Of a stretch of 64,000 nt of DNA, positions 1-10,720 are shown one piece after another. Origin of the DNA: Bacilli bacterium. GTDB taxonomy: Bacteria > Bacillota_I > Bacilli_A > RFN20 > CAG-826. Where the stretch lies: assembly GCA_045598525.1 (NCBI GenBank), contig JAZLMH010000028.1, positions 14,725 to 78,724 on the forward strand, given 5' to 3'. Below the pieces are notes generated by a model that had not been told where the DNA came from, searched no databases, and saw only the letters and a list, made by a program, of their open reading frames with translations. The position numbers and the translations under genes are program-made. How positions within the stretch are numbered: position 1 is the stretch's first letter; the number at the start of each line of letters is the position of its first letter.

Positions 1-1083
1 TTCGCTTCACAGGCAACTTCTGGTTCAAAAGGCTTCACAGGTCTTCTCAATGACTTATACCTTGCTAATAACAGCACAGGCGCAACATATAGAAGCACCC
101 CACAGGGACAAAGCGTCTACACTTCTGTCTATGGCAAACTCGGTGGAGACAACATCGGTGATGATGTCGCTCTTCCAGAATCAGCATGCGGCTTCAACCA
201 GAACCTCGCCGTCAAGTACACAGCTCTTGGCTTAAAAGAAGAACTCCAGTCATCAGTAGCTGGACACATCGAACCAAATAACACAATCCGTGTCGAATTC
301 CGTGTTTACGACGATGAAAGCGACAACACAATCGCAGCTGTCAACTTCCTCACACAGAAATGGTCACAGCTCATCAGCAGCGCAGTCACAGCACTCAAGG
401 CTGAAGGCGTCCTTGCTCAAAACGAAACAATCAACTTCGCTCTTGATATGGTTAAGGACCAAGACTACTACACAACCGCTCGTAACGGTGGTTACGATAT
501 GATCTTCTCCACATGGGGCGGCGCAGCTATCAACCCTTACGGCTTAATGGAAGTCTACTGCAAGAAAGACTTCACAAACTGCTGTGAATACGGCTTCACT
601 GGCAAACAAGACCAGGCATTCCTCGCAATTGACGCAGATGGCGATGGCCTTGATGTCACAGTCGATCCATCTACAGGCGAAGTTTCCGGCGGTAAAGACT
701 GGAAGTCATTCGACGGATGGTATGCTTACATGAACGACAGCGAAGACTGCAACGAAGCTCAGTATGGCGACAACGTCTTACCAACAGATAGCAACTACGA
801 CGATTACCTCCTCCGTCACAACCGCAAGCTTAACGTTCTTGCAGGTCTCGAAGCAGGTATCATCAACCGTTTCGAAGCTATCCCACTTGTTGCTCGCGGA
901 ACATCATCACTCAACGGTTTCAAGACTGAGAACGCAACAGACACCTACGTTTCCCTCATCGGTTACGGCGGCATCCGTTTCTTAGAATTCAACTACACCG
1001 ACAGTGAATGGGCTGCATTCTGCAAAAAGAACAACAACAAACTCGATGACCTCTACAAGTCCTACATCAAAGGACAGGAATAA
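1..1083 (+). CDS. oppA: Oligopeptide ABC transporter substrate-binding protein, C-terminal part (5' end outside window)
   Basis: Frame 1 is open from base 1 to TAA at 1083; 'GGYDMIFSTWGG' resembles the OppA C-terminal motif; directly upstream of oppBCDF. Confidence 0.8.
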   Translation, partial: FASQATSGSKGFTGLLNDLYLANNSTGATYRSTPQGQSVYTSVYGKLGGDNIGDDVALPESACGFNQNLAVKYTALGLKEELQSSVAGHIEPNNTIRVEFRVYDDESDNTIAAVNFLTQKWSQLISSAVTALKAEGVLAQNETINFALDMVKDQDYYTTARNGGYDMIFSTWGGAAINPYGLMEVYCKKDFTNCCEYGFTGKQDQAFLAIDADGDGLDVTVDPSTGEVSGGKDWKSFDGWYAYMNDSEDCNEAQYGDNVLPTDSNYDDYLLRHNRKLNVLAGLEAGIINRFEAIPLVARGTSSLNGFKTENATDTYVSLIGYGGIRFLEFNYTDSEWAAFCKKNNNKLDDLYKSYIKGQE

Positions 1084-1104
1084 TATCCTCAACATTTAAT
1101 TAAT

Positions 1105-1132
1105 AGCAGGGGCGCCAGACGAGGCGCCTCTG
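1105..1132 (+). promoter_or_regulatory. GC-rich stem-loop between oppA and oppB (probable mRNA stabiliser)
   Basis: gcaggggcgcc-agacga-ggcgcctctgc, with no U-tract after it. Confidence 0.5.
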
Positions 1133-1172
1133 CAAAAACAAAAGAACAAGGCAAAAGAAAAACATCAGCATT

Positions 1173-2345
1173 ATGAAAAACGAAGAAAAAGAAACAATCG
1201 AATCTTCGGAAGTGACGAAATCCGAAGAAGAAAAGATTTCTCCTTCTAATACTCCCTCAGAAGAACCCGAGCTTGTATTAGAATCAGATCGTCCATTCTG
1301 GGAGCGCTTCTGGCGCGGCTTTATTAATTTTTGGAGGAATAAGCAGACAGTAGATACGCTTAAGTACATTGGTCAGCGTCTCTTGCTCATGGTCTTCACC
1401 TTCATCATTATTTTCTTTATTTGTTTTGTCCTTGTCCGTCTTTTACCAGTCAGTGCCGATACAGGCATGAAAGACCCTGAAACCTTCTACATCAAAATGG
1501 TTGCTCAGGGCCGTTATATCCGTAATAAAGAAGGAAAATATGTCCCAACACCTGTTCTCCAACAGCTTGGCTTATTCATCCAGAACTTATTTAGCGGAAG
1601 CGATCATCCATGGGGTTATTCATATAAGATTGAATGGTTATCATCTCCTGTTGATATCCTTACCTCACATCTTGCCCCAACCATCCTTATCAATATCTAC
1701 TCAATGATCATCTCCGTACCTCTTGGCCTTGGTCTTGGCATCTTCATGGCATTGCGTAAGAACCACTGGGAAGACCACTTCCTTAGCGTTCTCATCATGC
1801 TTGTCATCTCCGTCCCAAGCTTCGTGTACGCGTTCCTCTTACAATATTCATTTGGTTATGTCTGGCAAACCCTCCCTCCAATGGCAGCATCAGGAAGCGT
1901 TGGATACTTCTCATTTGAATATTTAAGATCAATCATCTTACCTATCTTATCAATGTGCTTTGGCTCAATCGCAGGCTATGCCCGTTACACAAGAGCCGAA
2001 CTTACCGAAGTTCTCACAAGCGACTTCATGTTGCTTGCTAGAACAAAAGGCTTAAGTAGAGCACAGGCAACCGTCCGTCACGCTTTCCGTAACTCACTCG
2101 TCCCAATCTTCCCTATGATCCTTGGCGAAGTCATCAGCATCCTTAGCGGCTCAATGATCATCGAGAACATCTTTAACGTCAACGGCGTCGGTGGCCTTTA
2201 CCTCCAGTCAATTCAAACTACTGATTTAGACGTATTCCAATTCGTCAGTATGTTCTATATCACAATCGGCCTTGTCGGCACACTTGTCGTTGATGTCTCT
2301 TATGGCATCGTCGACCCACGTATCAGAATGGGGAGCAGAAAATAA
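1173..2345 (+). CDS. oppB: Oligopeptide ABC transporter permease OppB
   Basis: TM helices; 'RYTRAELTEVLTSDFMLLARTKGL', 'HAFRNSL', 'DPRIR'. Confidence 0.92.
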   Translation: MKNEEKETIESSEVTKSEEEKISPSNTPSEEPELVLESDRPFWERFWRGFINFWRNKQTVDTLKYIGQRLLLMVFTFIIIFFICFVLVRLLPVSADTGMKDPETFYIKMVAQGRYIRNKEGKYVPTPVLQQLGLFIQNLFSGSDHPWGYSYKIEWLSSPVDILTSHLAPTILINIYSMIISVPLGLGLGIFMALRKNHWEDHFLSVLIMLVISVPSFVYAFLLQYSFGYVWQTLPPMAASGSVGYFSFEYLRSIILPILSMCFGSIAGYARYTRAELTEVLTSDFMLLARTKGLSRAQATVRHAFRNSLVPIFPMILGEVISILSGSMIIENIFNVNGVGGLYLQSIQTTDLDVFQFVSMFYITIGLVGTLVVDVSYGIVDPRIRMGSRK

Positions 2346-4045
2346 TGGAACAAGAAGTTAAGAACACAATTGTTGCTGAAACCTCCCAATTATCAGCAGA
2401 TCTCTTTAAGAGAAGTAAAACAGACGCTGAGTCATTACATGACCAGGCTTTTGAGACTAAGCCAATCTCATTCATGAAAGGCGCCATGATCCGCTTTGCT
2501 AAAAACAAGGCGTCTATTGTCGCGGCAATCATCATCGCTTTCATCGTCCTCTATGCGCTTATCATCCCACTTGTCTCTCCAAAGACATATGTCGACCCAA
2601 TCGAATACCCAACCGGGTTCCAAGATCCAAACTTCTCATATGTCCTCCCATATAACCCAATGTTCAAGGGCAGTGGTTTCTGGGATGGAACAGAAGTCAA
2701 AAAAGGTCAGAACAAAAACACCTATGACATCTATGAGAATGATGATTCCAACCACAAGCCAATCGTCAAACTCGAAGGCATTGTCGAAAACCAAGTCGGC
2801 GCTACAAAATTCAAATCATACAACCTCCGTCTTGATAGCTACGCAATCGGTAATAGAGAAATCACAGTCACTCCTGAAGAATATGAAAAACTTGTTTCGT
2901 ATGAACAGGAACATAACATCTACCGTACCGATAAAAGTATAATGAAACCTCTTCGTAACTATGTAGACTATCTTGATGAATACAAATTAGAATTGTTAGA
3001 AAAGATGAATCAGGCTAACGCTGATGGTATTCAGACAAACTTAACAAACGAATCAATCACCAACATCATTGACTACATGTCGACTTACTACAACCAGAAC
3101 CAAAGAATCTGGTATAAGCTCGAAGCAGTCAAAACAGGCCAGGCAACATATTCCCAAAATAACTACCAAGCTATTAGAACAGCCAGTGGCGAACTTGTTG
3201 ATATTTACACGAAAACTTCTACAAACGAACTCGTCTACGATAACTTCATAAACGGCGTTCATCATATCCGTGTCGACTATTACGATTACTTTGAATTCCA
3301 TAATGGATTCTCCGCAAGATTCGTATTCGGCACAAACGGCGCAGGCCAGGATATCTTCCTCCGCCTTGCATTAGGCGCCAGATTCTCACTCCTTCTTGGC
3401 GTTGGCATCTCCTTCATCAACTTCGTCATCGGTCTTATCTATGGCGCTATCGCAGGCTATTATGGCGGAACCGCTGACTTAATCATGGAACGTGTTACGG
3501 ACATCATCTCCTGTATCCCGTCCATCATCGTTCTTACTATTTGCTCTGTTCAGTTTACGAACAACACCGCGCTTAAAGATGCTCTTGGCATCTCAGGCAT
3601 CTACATCCTTGCTTTCTTGGTAGCCTATGTCTATTCGGGCTGGATCGGCGTCGCTGGTACGACACGTATGCAGTTCTATCGTTTCAAAGGTCAGGAATAT
3701 GTCCTTGCCTCAAGAACCTTAGGCGCTAAAGATAGACGTCTTATCTTCCGTCACATCTTACCTAACGCAGCAGGCACCCTTGTCACATCATCGGTCCTTA
3801 TGGTTCCAGGTGTCATCTTCGGTGAATCTTCACTTTCATACTTAGGTATCGTCAACTTCACCACAAGCGGACTTTGCTCAATCGGTTCCCTTCTTAGCGA
3901 AGGTCAGAAAGCAGGTCTTGCAACCCACCCACACGTTCTCTTGTTCCCAAGTATCGTTATTTCACTTCTCATGATTTGCTTTAACCTCTTCGGTAACGGC
4001 TTACGTGACGCATTCAACACAACATTAAGAGGAAGCGAGGACTAA
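2345..4045 (+). CDS. oppC: Oligopeptide ABC transporter permease OppC with large extracytoplasmic insertion
   Basis: 'FGTNGAGQDIF', 'EYVLASRTLGA', 'FRHILPN', 'NLFGNGLRDAF'; start overlaps oppB stop. Confidence 0.92.
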   Translation: MEQEVKNTIVAETSQLSADLFKRSKTDAESLHDQAFETKPISFMKGAMIRFAKNKASIVAAIIIAFIVLYALIIPLVSPKTYVDPIEYPTGFQDPNFSYVLPYNPMFKGSGFWDGTEVKKGQNKNTYDIYENDDSNHKPIVKLEGIVENQVGATKFKSYNLRLDSYAIGNREITVTPEEYEKLVSYEQEHNIYRTDKSIMKPLRNYVDYLDEYKLELLEKMNQANADGIQTNLTNESITNIIDYMSTYYNQNQRIWYKLEAVKTGQATYSQNNYQAIRTASGELVDIYTKTSTNELVYDNFINGVHHIRVDYYDYFEFHNGFSARFVFGTNGAGQDIFLRLALGARFSLLLGVGISFINFVIGLIYGAIAGYYGGTADLIMERVTDIISCIPSIIVLTICSVQFTNNTALKDALGISGIYILAFLVAYVYSGWIGVAGTTRMQFYRFKGQEYVLASRTLGAKDRRLIFRHILPNAAGTLVTSSVLMVPGVIFGESSLSYLGIVNFTTSGLCSIGSLLSEGQKAGLATHPHVLLFPSIVISLLMICFNLFGNGLRDAFNTTLRGSED

Positions 4046-4048
4046 TTT

Positions 4049-5812
4049 ATGGCAGACATCATTAACCAAAACGAAAAAATCCTCGAAGTAAAAGACCTTC
4101 GTGTCTCCTTCAGAACAGACTCTGGCACCGTTAAGGCGGTTAGAGGCATCTCTTTCCCTTTATATAAAGGAAGAACACTTGCTATCGTCGGTGAATCAGG
4201 CTCAGGCAAATCAGTTACATCCAAAGCCATCCTTGGCATTCTTGCAAATAACAAGATCGTTGAAGACGGTCAGATCATCTATGATGGCAAAGACCTCCTT
4301 AAGATCACCGAAGAGCAGTTCACCAAACTCCGTGGCGTTAAGATCTCCATGATCTTCCAGGACCCTCTTTCATCATTAAACCCTATCATGATCGTTGGTA
4401 AGCAATTAACCGAGGCCATGGTTTTAAAACAAAAAGCGGATAAGAAAGAAGCCAACAAGACAATCAAAGTCATTGATGGCATTCTCGACGCTCTTAACAA
4501 AGAAGAAACCGCTCGTCTTCAGGAATATGTCAAAATCACACCTAAAGACACCCCAATCGATTTAAGTGACTTCAAGACTCTCTTCGATGAGGCTCTTGAT
4601 AGCGAAATCGCAAAACAAAACGAAAAGATCAAAGCAATAATCCCTGAAATCCAAAACATCATCGACGGCTCGTTCGATGACCTTAAGGCAGTAGGGGAGA
4701 ACTTCAAGAAACTTTGGAAGGCTCTTGAGGAATGCGAACTTAAGATCGCAATCGAGAAAGATAACGAAATCAGCGTTTTCCCTCTCATCGTCAAAGACTA
4801 TGTCCAAAGCGCCGCTCTTTCCACTAAACTCATCGCTCAGCGCGACCAGTTAATGGAAAAGCACCAAATCAAAGACTTCTATGATCTCCCAGCAGATTGT
4901 AGAGCCAAGCTTCGTGAAGTCATCGTCACCCCAGAAGCATACGCAGAAAAACTCAAAAACGCCGCTATTTCCCTTGTCGCTCATCTTAAAGAGCTTCTTG
5001 GACGCGGTGATAACGAGAAAGAAAACGCAACCAAAGACGTCATTAGACGCTATCAGGATGCAGTCGTCGCTTCTAAAAAGGAACTTACTGCCAAAGAAGC
5101 AAGAAGACGCGCAATCAAAATGCTTCAGGAAGTCGGTATCAAAGACGCAGAAAAACGTTACGACCAATATCCATTTGAATTATCAGGTGGTATGAGACAA
5201 CGTATCGTCATCGCTATCGCTCTTTGCTCATCTCCAGAAATCTTAATCTGCGATGAACCAACAACCGCTCTTGACGTCACAATCCAGTCTCAGATTCTTG
5301 AATTAATCAACGACCTCAAAGTCGAAAAGAACCTCTCAATCGTCTTCATCACCCACGACTTAGGTGTTGTCGCTAACATGGCTGACGATATCGCCGTCAT
5401 GTATGCAGGTAAGATTGTTGAGCAAGGCACAGCAGAAGACATCTTCTATGATGCCCGTCATCCATATACCTGGGCGCTTCTTGGCTCTGTCCCAGACCTT
5501 GAGACAAAAGAGAAATTAAACGCTATCCCAGGCACCCCACCAAACATGCTTATCCCAGCAAAAGGCGATGCTTTCACCCCAAGAAATGTCAACGCTCTTG
5601 AGATCGATAGCCTTTATCAGCCACCATTCTTCGAAATCTCACCAACTCATAAAGCCGCAACCTGGACAGTTGATGAAAGAGCAGAAGAAATCCGTGCTCC
5701 TGAAATCGTCGTTAAGCGTATTGCCGCTGCCTTAAAAGAGCACCCAGAATACGCACCAAAACCGACAAATACAAAGAACTCTATTCTTAACTACATCAAG
5801 GAGGAGAAATAA
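4049..5812 (+). CDS. oppD: Oligopeptide ABC transporter ATP-binding protein OppD with helical insertion
   Basis: Walker A GESGSGKS, signature LSGGMRQR, Walker B ICDEPTTALD, HPYT. Confidence 0.93.
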   Translation: MADIINQNEKILEVKDLRVSFRTDSGTVKAVRGISFPLYKGRTLAIVGESGSGKSVTSKAILGILANNKIVEDGQIIYDGKDLLKITEEQFTKLRGVKISMIFQDPLSSLNPIMIVGKQLTEAMVLKQKADKKEANKTIKVIDGILDALNKEETARLQEYVKITPKDTPIDLSDFKTLFDEALDSEIAKQNEKIKAIIPEIQNIIDGSFDDLKAVGENFKKLWKALEECELKIAIEKDNEISVFPLIVKDYVQSAALSTKLIAQRDQLMEKHQIKDFYDLPADCRAKLREVIVTPEAYAEKLKNAAISLVAHLKELLGRGDNEKENATKDVIRRYQDAVVASKKELTAKEARRRAIKMLQEVGIKDAEKRYDQYPFELSGGMRQRIVIAIALCSSPEILICDEPTTALDVTIQSQILELINDLKVEKNLSIVFITHDLGVVANMADDIAVMYAGKIVEQGTAEDIFYDARHPYTWALLGSVPDLETKEKLNAIPGTPPNMLIPAKGDAFTPRNVNALEIDSLYQPPFFEISPTHKAATWTVDERAEEIRAPEIVVKRIAAALKEHPEYAPKPTNTKNSILNYIKEEK

Positions 5813-5814
5813 CA

Positions 5815-7209
5815 ATGGCAGACGAAAAAGAATTAACCTCCTTCCAAAAGAAGATGGACTACGAAAACGCTGAAGTCCTCCTCGAACTTGATCACGTTAA
5901 GCAGTACTTCCGTTTCAAAAACAGCGAAATCAAATACCTCAAAGCCGTCCATGATGTCTCCTTCAATGTCTATAAAGGCGAAGTCTTCGGTCTTGTTGGC
6001 GAATCTGGATGTGGCAAAACCACAACAGGTCGTGACATTCTTCGCTTATATCCTGTCACAAGCGGCGAAATCCGTCTTGAAGGCGTTCGCATCAACTGTG
6101 GCACCAGATGGAACGAAAAAGAAATCAAGTTCACAAACATCAGAGCAAAAGAAAGAATCGATGCAATAGAAGCAGAGAAAAACGCAAAATACACGCAATT
6201 TGTTGATGCTTTCGGTGAAAAGTTCCATGAAGGATTTGATGTAAAAACCATCAAAAACCAGGAAAACCCTGAGAAGATCGCAATGTATGACATGTATCTT
6301 GCGGACATCGCGAAACTTGATGAGGAAATCGTTAAAGTCAAAGCCCATCAGGAACAAGTCCGCAAAGAGCAGATGGAAATCATCCGTCAGAAGAAGAGAG
6401 ACAATAAATACGTCAATCAGAATATCCAAGCTCACGAAATCAAAGTTCTTGAAGAGAAATACGCAAACATGAGCGAAGAAGAAAAAGCCAACTTCGATTA
6501 CCAAGGCGAACTTGCCAAGGCCCGTAAGATGACTCTTTCTAACAAAGTCCAGATGATCTTCCAGGATCCAATCGCTTCCTTAAACCCACGTATGACTGTC
6601 AGAAACATCATCGCTGAAGGTTTAATCATCAATGGAGTCAAAGATAAAGCCTTCATCGATAGCGAAGTCGAACGTGTCTTAAAACTCGTTGGCCTTGTCC
6701 CAGAACACGCAACACGTTATCCTCACGAATTCAGCGGTGGACAGCGTCAGCGTATCGGTATCGCCCGTGCAATCATCATGAACCCAGAACTCATCGTCGC
6801 TGACGAACCAGTTTCCGCTCTTGATGTCTCCGTCCAAGCCCAGGTCATCAACCTTCTTAACGAATTACGTAATGACCTTGGTCTTACCATCATCTTCATC
6901 GCTCACAACTTAAGTGTCGTTAAATACTTCTGTGACAGAATCGCTGTCATGTTCTACGGCAACTTAGTTGAACTCGCATCAAGTGACGAACTCTTCGCTC
7001 ACCCAATGCATCCATACACAAAATCCCTTCTTAGCGCTGTTCCTTATCCAGATCCAATCATCGAGAAGAACAGAAAACGTGTTGCATATAATCCAGCAGC
7101 CGACCATGACTATAGCGTCCAGGGCCCATCTTGGAGAGAAGTCACCCCAGGCCACTTCGTAAGATGCAACGACGAAGAAGAGAAGAGATTCCTTGAGGAA
7201 TATAAATAA
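5815..7209 (+). CDS. oppF: Oligopeptide ABC transporter ATP-binding protein OppF with coiled-coil insertion
   Basis: GESGCGKT, FSGGQRQR, ADEPVSALD, HPYTKSLLSA. Confidence 0.93.
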   Translation: MADEKELTSFQKKMDYENAEVLLELDHVKQYFRFKNSEIKYLKAVHDVSFNVYKGEVFGLVGESGCGKTTTGRDILRLYPVTSGEIRLEGVRINCGTRWNEKEIKFTNIRAKERIDAIEAEKNAKYTQFVDAFGEKFHEGFDVKTIKNQENPEKIAMYDMYLADIAKLDEEIVKVKAHQEQVRKEQMEIIRQKKRDNKYVNQNIQAHEIKVLEEKYANMSEEEKANFDYQGELAKARKMTLSNKVQMIFQDPIASLNPRMTVRNIIAEGLIINGVKDKAFIDSEVERVLKLVGLVPEHATRYPHEFSGGQRQRIGIARAIIMNPELIVADEPVSALDVSVQAQVINLLNELRNDLGLTIIFIAHNLSVVKYFCDRIAVMFYGNLVELASSDELFAHPMHPYTKSLLSAVPYPDPIIEKNRKRVAYNPAADHDYSVQGPSWREVTPGHFVRCNDEEEKRFLEEYK

Positions 7210-7688
7210 TGAGCAAAATCCCATTAGCGACACCTCGTCCAGGCACGCCTGAATATGAGGAGTACGCTAAGAAAAAACGTCTTAAGGGCGGCCTTATAAG
7301 CGCTCTTATCACGCTTACGATAATTGCAATATTTGTAGGGCTTCTTGTATATATCTCATATAGAGATGTAGTTGAGCCAAAACTCCTTGTGTTCCAAGTC
7401 TTAAGTGACGCGTTTGGAATATCAGGGGTTCTAGGCATTGGTATCTTCGGATTAGGCTTTGTCTCTTCTAAAGGCGCCTTCGACCTTGTCACATATTCGG
7501 TGAAGCTCCTATTCCTAAACGCATTCCGTCCTAAATATAGGAAGGAATCATTCCCAAAAACTTTCTATGACTACAAAGTCAAGAAAGACTCACTAGATAG
7601 AAAAGCGCCATTAATGATGCTCTTCGTCGCTCTAGCTTACTTATCAATCGGCATCCTAATGGCCGTGATATTCAATTCAATCGCATAA
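7209..7688 (+). CDS. DUF3899-like membrane protein
   Basis: Three hydrophobic segments, 'GAFD' motif, start overlaps oppF stop. Confidence 0.6.
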   Translation: MSKIPLATPRPGTPEYEEYAKKKRLKGGLISALITLTIIAIFVGLLVYISYRDVVEPKLLVFQVLSDAFGISGVLGIGIFGLGFVSSKGAFDLVTYSVKLLFLNAFRPKYRKESFPKTFYDYKVKKDSLDRKAPLMMLFVALAYLSIGILMAVIFNSIA

Positions 7689-7705
7689 TCGAAAGGAGAA
7701 AAAAC

Positions 7706-9469
7706 ATGAACGCAAAAAAGAAATTATCCTTAATTGCTCTTGCCTGCACTGGCATGCTTATGGCTTCCTGCGTCACTAACCCAGGAGAATCAAAAGATAG
7801 CACCCCAGCAACAACCTCAAGTCAGGCAACCTCAGCTTCGGCTCCAGCTTCATCAAACGCTAAGCCAGCCGACCTCACAGAGAAAGATTTGGCTAAAGGC
7901 ATCACAAAATACACAACAGAAGCAGGCGTATTAGCCAACCTCACACGTTCTGGCATCTATGCCGCTAGCGGTGCACCTCACGTTAACTCATATCCTGAAA
8001 CAGGCGTTAAGCAGAAACTCTTAGTTGCCCCAATCTCCTTTGTTAAAGATCCTAACGACAGACAAGACTACATCACTGCAGATCAGGCTCTCCTTGACAA
8101 AATCAACATGAGCTTCGTTGGAACAGATGAGGAAATCAAGCAAGCATCAGGAAGCAATATCACCTCAGTTAAGACCTTCTATGAAAGATCATCATTTAAC
8201 AAAGGCGCATTCGACGTCGTCGTCCTTCCTTGCTGGGTTGAATATAATGGCACAGCCACAGCGTTCAGAAATAGCGCAGGCGGACAAGCAGGCGTTGCTA
8301 TGTCTAGCTATGTCAAATCATGGTATATTGCCGAATACGCTAAAGAAAACCATGGCAAACTCGGCGCATCTTGGAGCTATGACTGGAAAGACTTCGATAG
8401 TGACAAAGATGGCTATATCGATCTTCTCTGGCAGGTTTATGCATATCCATACGCAGATAACAGCACCGACTTCTGGTGGGCATATGTCACATACACTGGA
8501 CAATCTCCAAACAAAGCAAATCCAAACATCATGACCCTTGCTTGGGCATCAACCCGTTTCATGAGTGACTTCAATGGCTATGACCCACACACATTCATCC
8601 ACGAAACAGGCCACACCCTCGGTGTCAATGACTTCTACGATTATTCAAATACATGGAAACCAATGGGCGGCATCGACTTCATGGATCAGAATCTTGGCGA
8701 TCACTGCGCATATACAAAATTCATGTATGGCTGGGTTAACCCATATGTCTTAAAAGAAGAAGATCTCGCTGATGGCAAAGTCGCTGAAATCACCCTTGGC
8801 GCTCAAACCCTCACAGGCGATTGCTTAGTCCTTGCTTCACCTGATTATAATGGCACAGCATTCGACGAATACCTCATGGTTGAACTCGTTGGTCCTTATG
8901 GCCTTTGCGAACGTGACTATAAGTCTGGCTATAGCGGTGTTACCGGTTTCACAAAACCTGGTCTTAGAATCACCCACGTTGATGGAAGAATGTACCAGAC
9001 CGATCATAACACCCCAGTCTATGACCATAACCTCCTTGGAAGAAACGGTGGCGACACACGTGTCTGCAACACCCCAGGCGGCCGTATGGGCATAAGACGT
9101 GATACCGACTTCTGGCCAAATGAAGATGGCTCACCAAAGACATACTTCACAGAGCAATCACTCATCGAATCAAATATCGATGCAACAAACAACTGGACAG
9201 TTTCTCCAAATTTCACCGCAAATAACGGCTCACTCTTCGTTAAGAACCAGAGATTTACCCTCACTAAGAACAGTGGTTGGGCAAAAACCTTCATGCCAAG
9301 CGGCACAAACCTCTGGAACAAAGCAAAGACCATCACAGGTTGGAATGGCAACAAGCAGCAATTCACAATCGACGAGACAAAGACCTGTAACTACTATCTC
9401 AAGGTCAAGAACATCGTCGAAGATAAAGACGCTGGCGCTATCGCAACACTTGAAATCTATCTTGCCTAA
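7706..9469 (+). CDS. Lipoprotein zinc metalloprotease, M6/immune-inhibitor-A-like
   Basis: Lipobox LMASC, S/T/A linker, 'FDSDKDGYID', HExxH 'HETGHTLGVNDFYDY', 'YTKFMYGWV'; RBS AAGGAG. Confidence 0.8.
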   Translation: MNAKKKLSLIALACTGMLMASCVTNPGESKDSTPATTSSQATSASAPASSNAKPADLTEKDLAKGITKYTTEAGVLANLTRSGIYAASGAPHVNSYPETGVKQKLLVAPISFVKDPNDRQDYITADQALLDKINMSFVGTDEEIKQASGSNITSVKTFYERSSFNKGAFDVVVLPCWVEYNGTATAFRNSAGGQAGVAMSSYVKSWYIAEYAKENHGKLGASWSYDWKDFDSDKDGYIDLLWQVYAYPYADNSTDFWWAYVTYTGQSPNKANPNIMTLAWASTRFMSDFNGYDPHTFIHETGHTLGVNDFYDYSNTWKPMGGIDFMDQNLGDHCAYTKFMYGWVNPYVLKEEDLADGKVAEITLGAQTLTGDCLVLASPDYNGTAFDEYLMVELVGPYGLCERDYKSGYSGVTGFTKPGLRITHVDGRMYQTDHNTPVYDHNLLGRNGGDTRVCNTPGGRMGIRRDTDFWPNEDGSPKTYFTEQSLIESNIDATNNWTVSPNFTANNGSLFVKNQRFTLTKNSGWAKTFMPSGTNLWNKAKTITGWNGNKQQFTIDETKTCNYYLKVKNIVEDKDAGAIATLEIYLA

Positions 9470-9483
9470 TAACTAAAACATCT

Positions 9484-9508
9484 AGGCCTCGAGCAATCGG
9501 GGCCTTTT
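9484..9508 (+). terminator. Intrinsic terminator ending the opp-protease operon
   Basis: aggcctcga-gcaa-tcggggcct-ttt. Confidence 0.75.
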
Positions 9509-9527
9509 GTTATATAATGTAGGCAAT

Positions 9528-10364
9528 ATGATTCTTGGAGTAGGGGAAATCCTCGTTGATCAAATTGAAGGGGAAACCAAAGCAGGCGGTGCTCCTTTTA
9601 ATGTCATAGTCAATGCCCACCATTTAGGCGCGGACACAATATTCGTAGGTTCAGTAGGAAATGACGAAGAAGGGTCTTTCTTGATTAACAAAGTGAAAGA
9701 ATATGGATTAGACCCATCATTCATAAAAATCGATAAAGAAAGAAAAACCACGAAAGCCATCGTAACCCTAGAAAAAGGTGAACGTTCTTTTAAGTTCGAG
9801 CGAGATAACACCGCTGACGCATATCTAGAAGAAATACCTGACGAAATAATCGATAAAGCAGACATCATCCATATAGGCTCTTTTTCGCTTTGCTTCGAAA
9901 AGGGAAGGAATTATATGTCTAAATTAATAAAACGCGCCCACGAGGCTCATAAAGAGGTCTCTTTCGACGTTAATTACCGCGAAGACATCTACGAAAGCAA
10001 AGAAGAAGCGAAACAAATAGCAAAAGAGTTCATTTCCATGAGCGATATCATCAAATTATCAGAAGATGAAGTGGAACTTCTTGGCGAGGAATTCATCGAT
10101 AGCCTTAAAGGCAAGATGGTCTTCATCACCCTTGGCTCAAGAGGATCAGAATGTCATTACATCAACAAAGTGTATAAAGCAGATTCGATATACGTTAACC
10201 CAATAGACACAACAGGAGCAGGCGACGCTTTCATGGGCGCGATGCTCTATATGCTAGACACCCATAAGGATATGGATTTAGAACACGCCATGGAAATAGC
10301 AAATCAATATGCCGCAAGAAGCACCCTCCATGTCGGTGCAATCGACGTTTTACCTGCTCTTTAA
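9528..10364 (+). CDS. PfkB-family carbohydrate kinase (fructokinase-like)
   Basis: 'GGAPFNV', 'SFDVNYR', 'DTTGAGDAF'; ATG 9528 preferred, after TATAAT at 9513. Confidence 0.88.
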   Translation: MILGVGEILVDQIEGETKAGGAPFNVIVNAHHLGADTIFVGSVGNDEEGSFLINKVKEYGLDPSFIKIDKERKTTKAIVTLEKGERSFKFERDNTADAYLEEIPDEIIDKADIIHIGSFSLCFEKGRNYMSKLIKRAHEAHKEVSFDVNYREDIYESKEEAKQIAKEFISMSDIIKLSEDEVELLGEEFIDSLKGKMVFITLGSRGSECHYINKVYKADSIYVNPIDTTGAGDAFMGAMLYMLDTHKDMDLEHAMEIANQYAARSTLHVGAIDVLPAL

Positions 10365-10434
10365 AAACATCGACACAAACAAATATAGACGTTTTTTCCT
10401 TTAATTATTTTTTGGAGTCTTGATTATTTAGTAA

Positions 10435-10454
10435 ACGTACGTAATAATGCACGT
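10435..10454 (+). promoter_or_regulatory. Probable YefM operator palindrome
   Basis: acgtac-gtaataat-gcacgt imperfect inverted repeat upstream of the antitoxin RBS. Confidence 0.45.
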
Positions 10455-10477
10455 AGGCATTCATAGGAGGATAATTC

Positions 10478-10720
10478 ATGACTACAGTTAATATCACCAA
10501 TGCAAGACAGGAATTATACAAATTTGCAAACTCTTGCCTCAAATATAACGACGTGATCAATATTTCAACAAAAGAAGGGAATGTTATCATGATAAGCGAA
10601 GAAGAATACAACAATTTGTTGGAGTCTTTGTCTTTAGCTGGCATTCCAGGTATGTATGAAAGCATAGTCGAAGGCGCAAACACCCCATTATCCGAATGTG
10701 AGAAAATACAATGGAAATAG
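10478..10720 (+). CDS. yefM: Type II antitoxin, Phd/YefM family
   Basis: 'NITNARQELY', 'NVIMISEEEYNNLLESL'; RBS AGGAGG; overlaps toxin. Confidence 0.88.
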   Translation: MTTVNITNARQELYKFANSCLKYNDVINISTKEGNVIMISEEEYNNLLESLSLAGIPGMYESIVEGANTPLSECEKIQWK

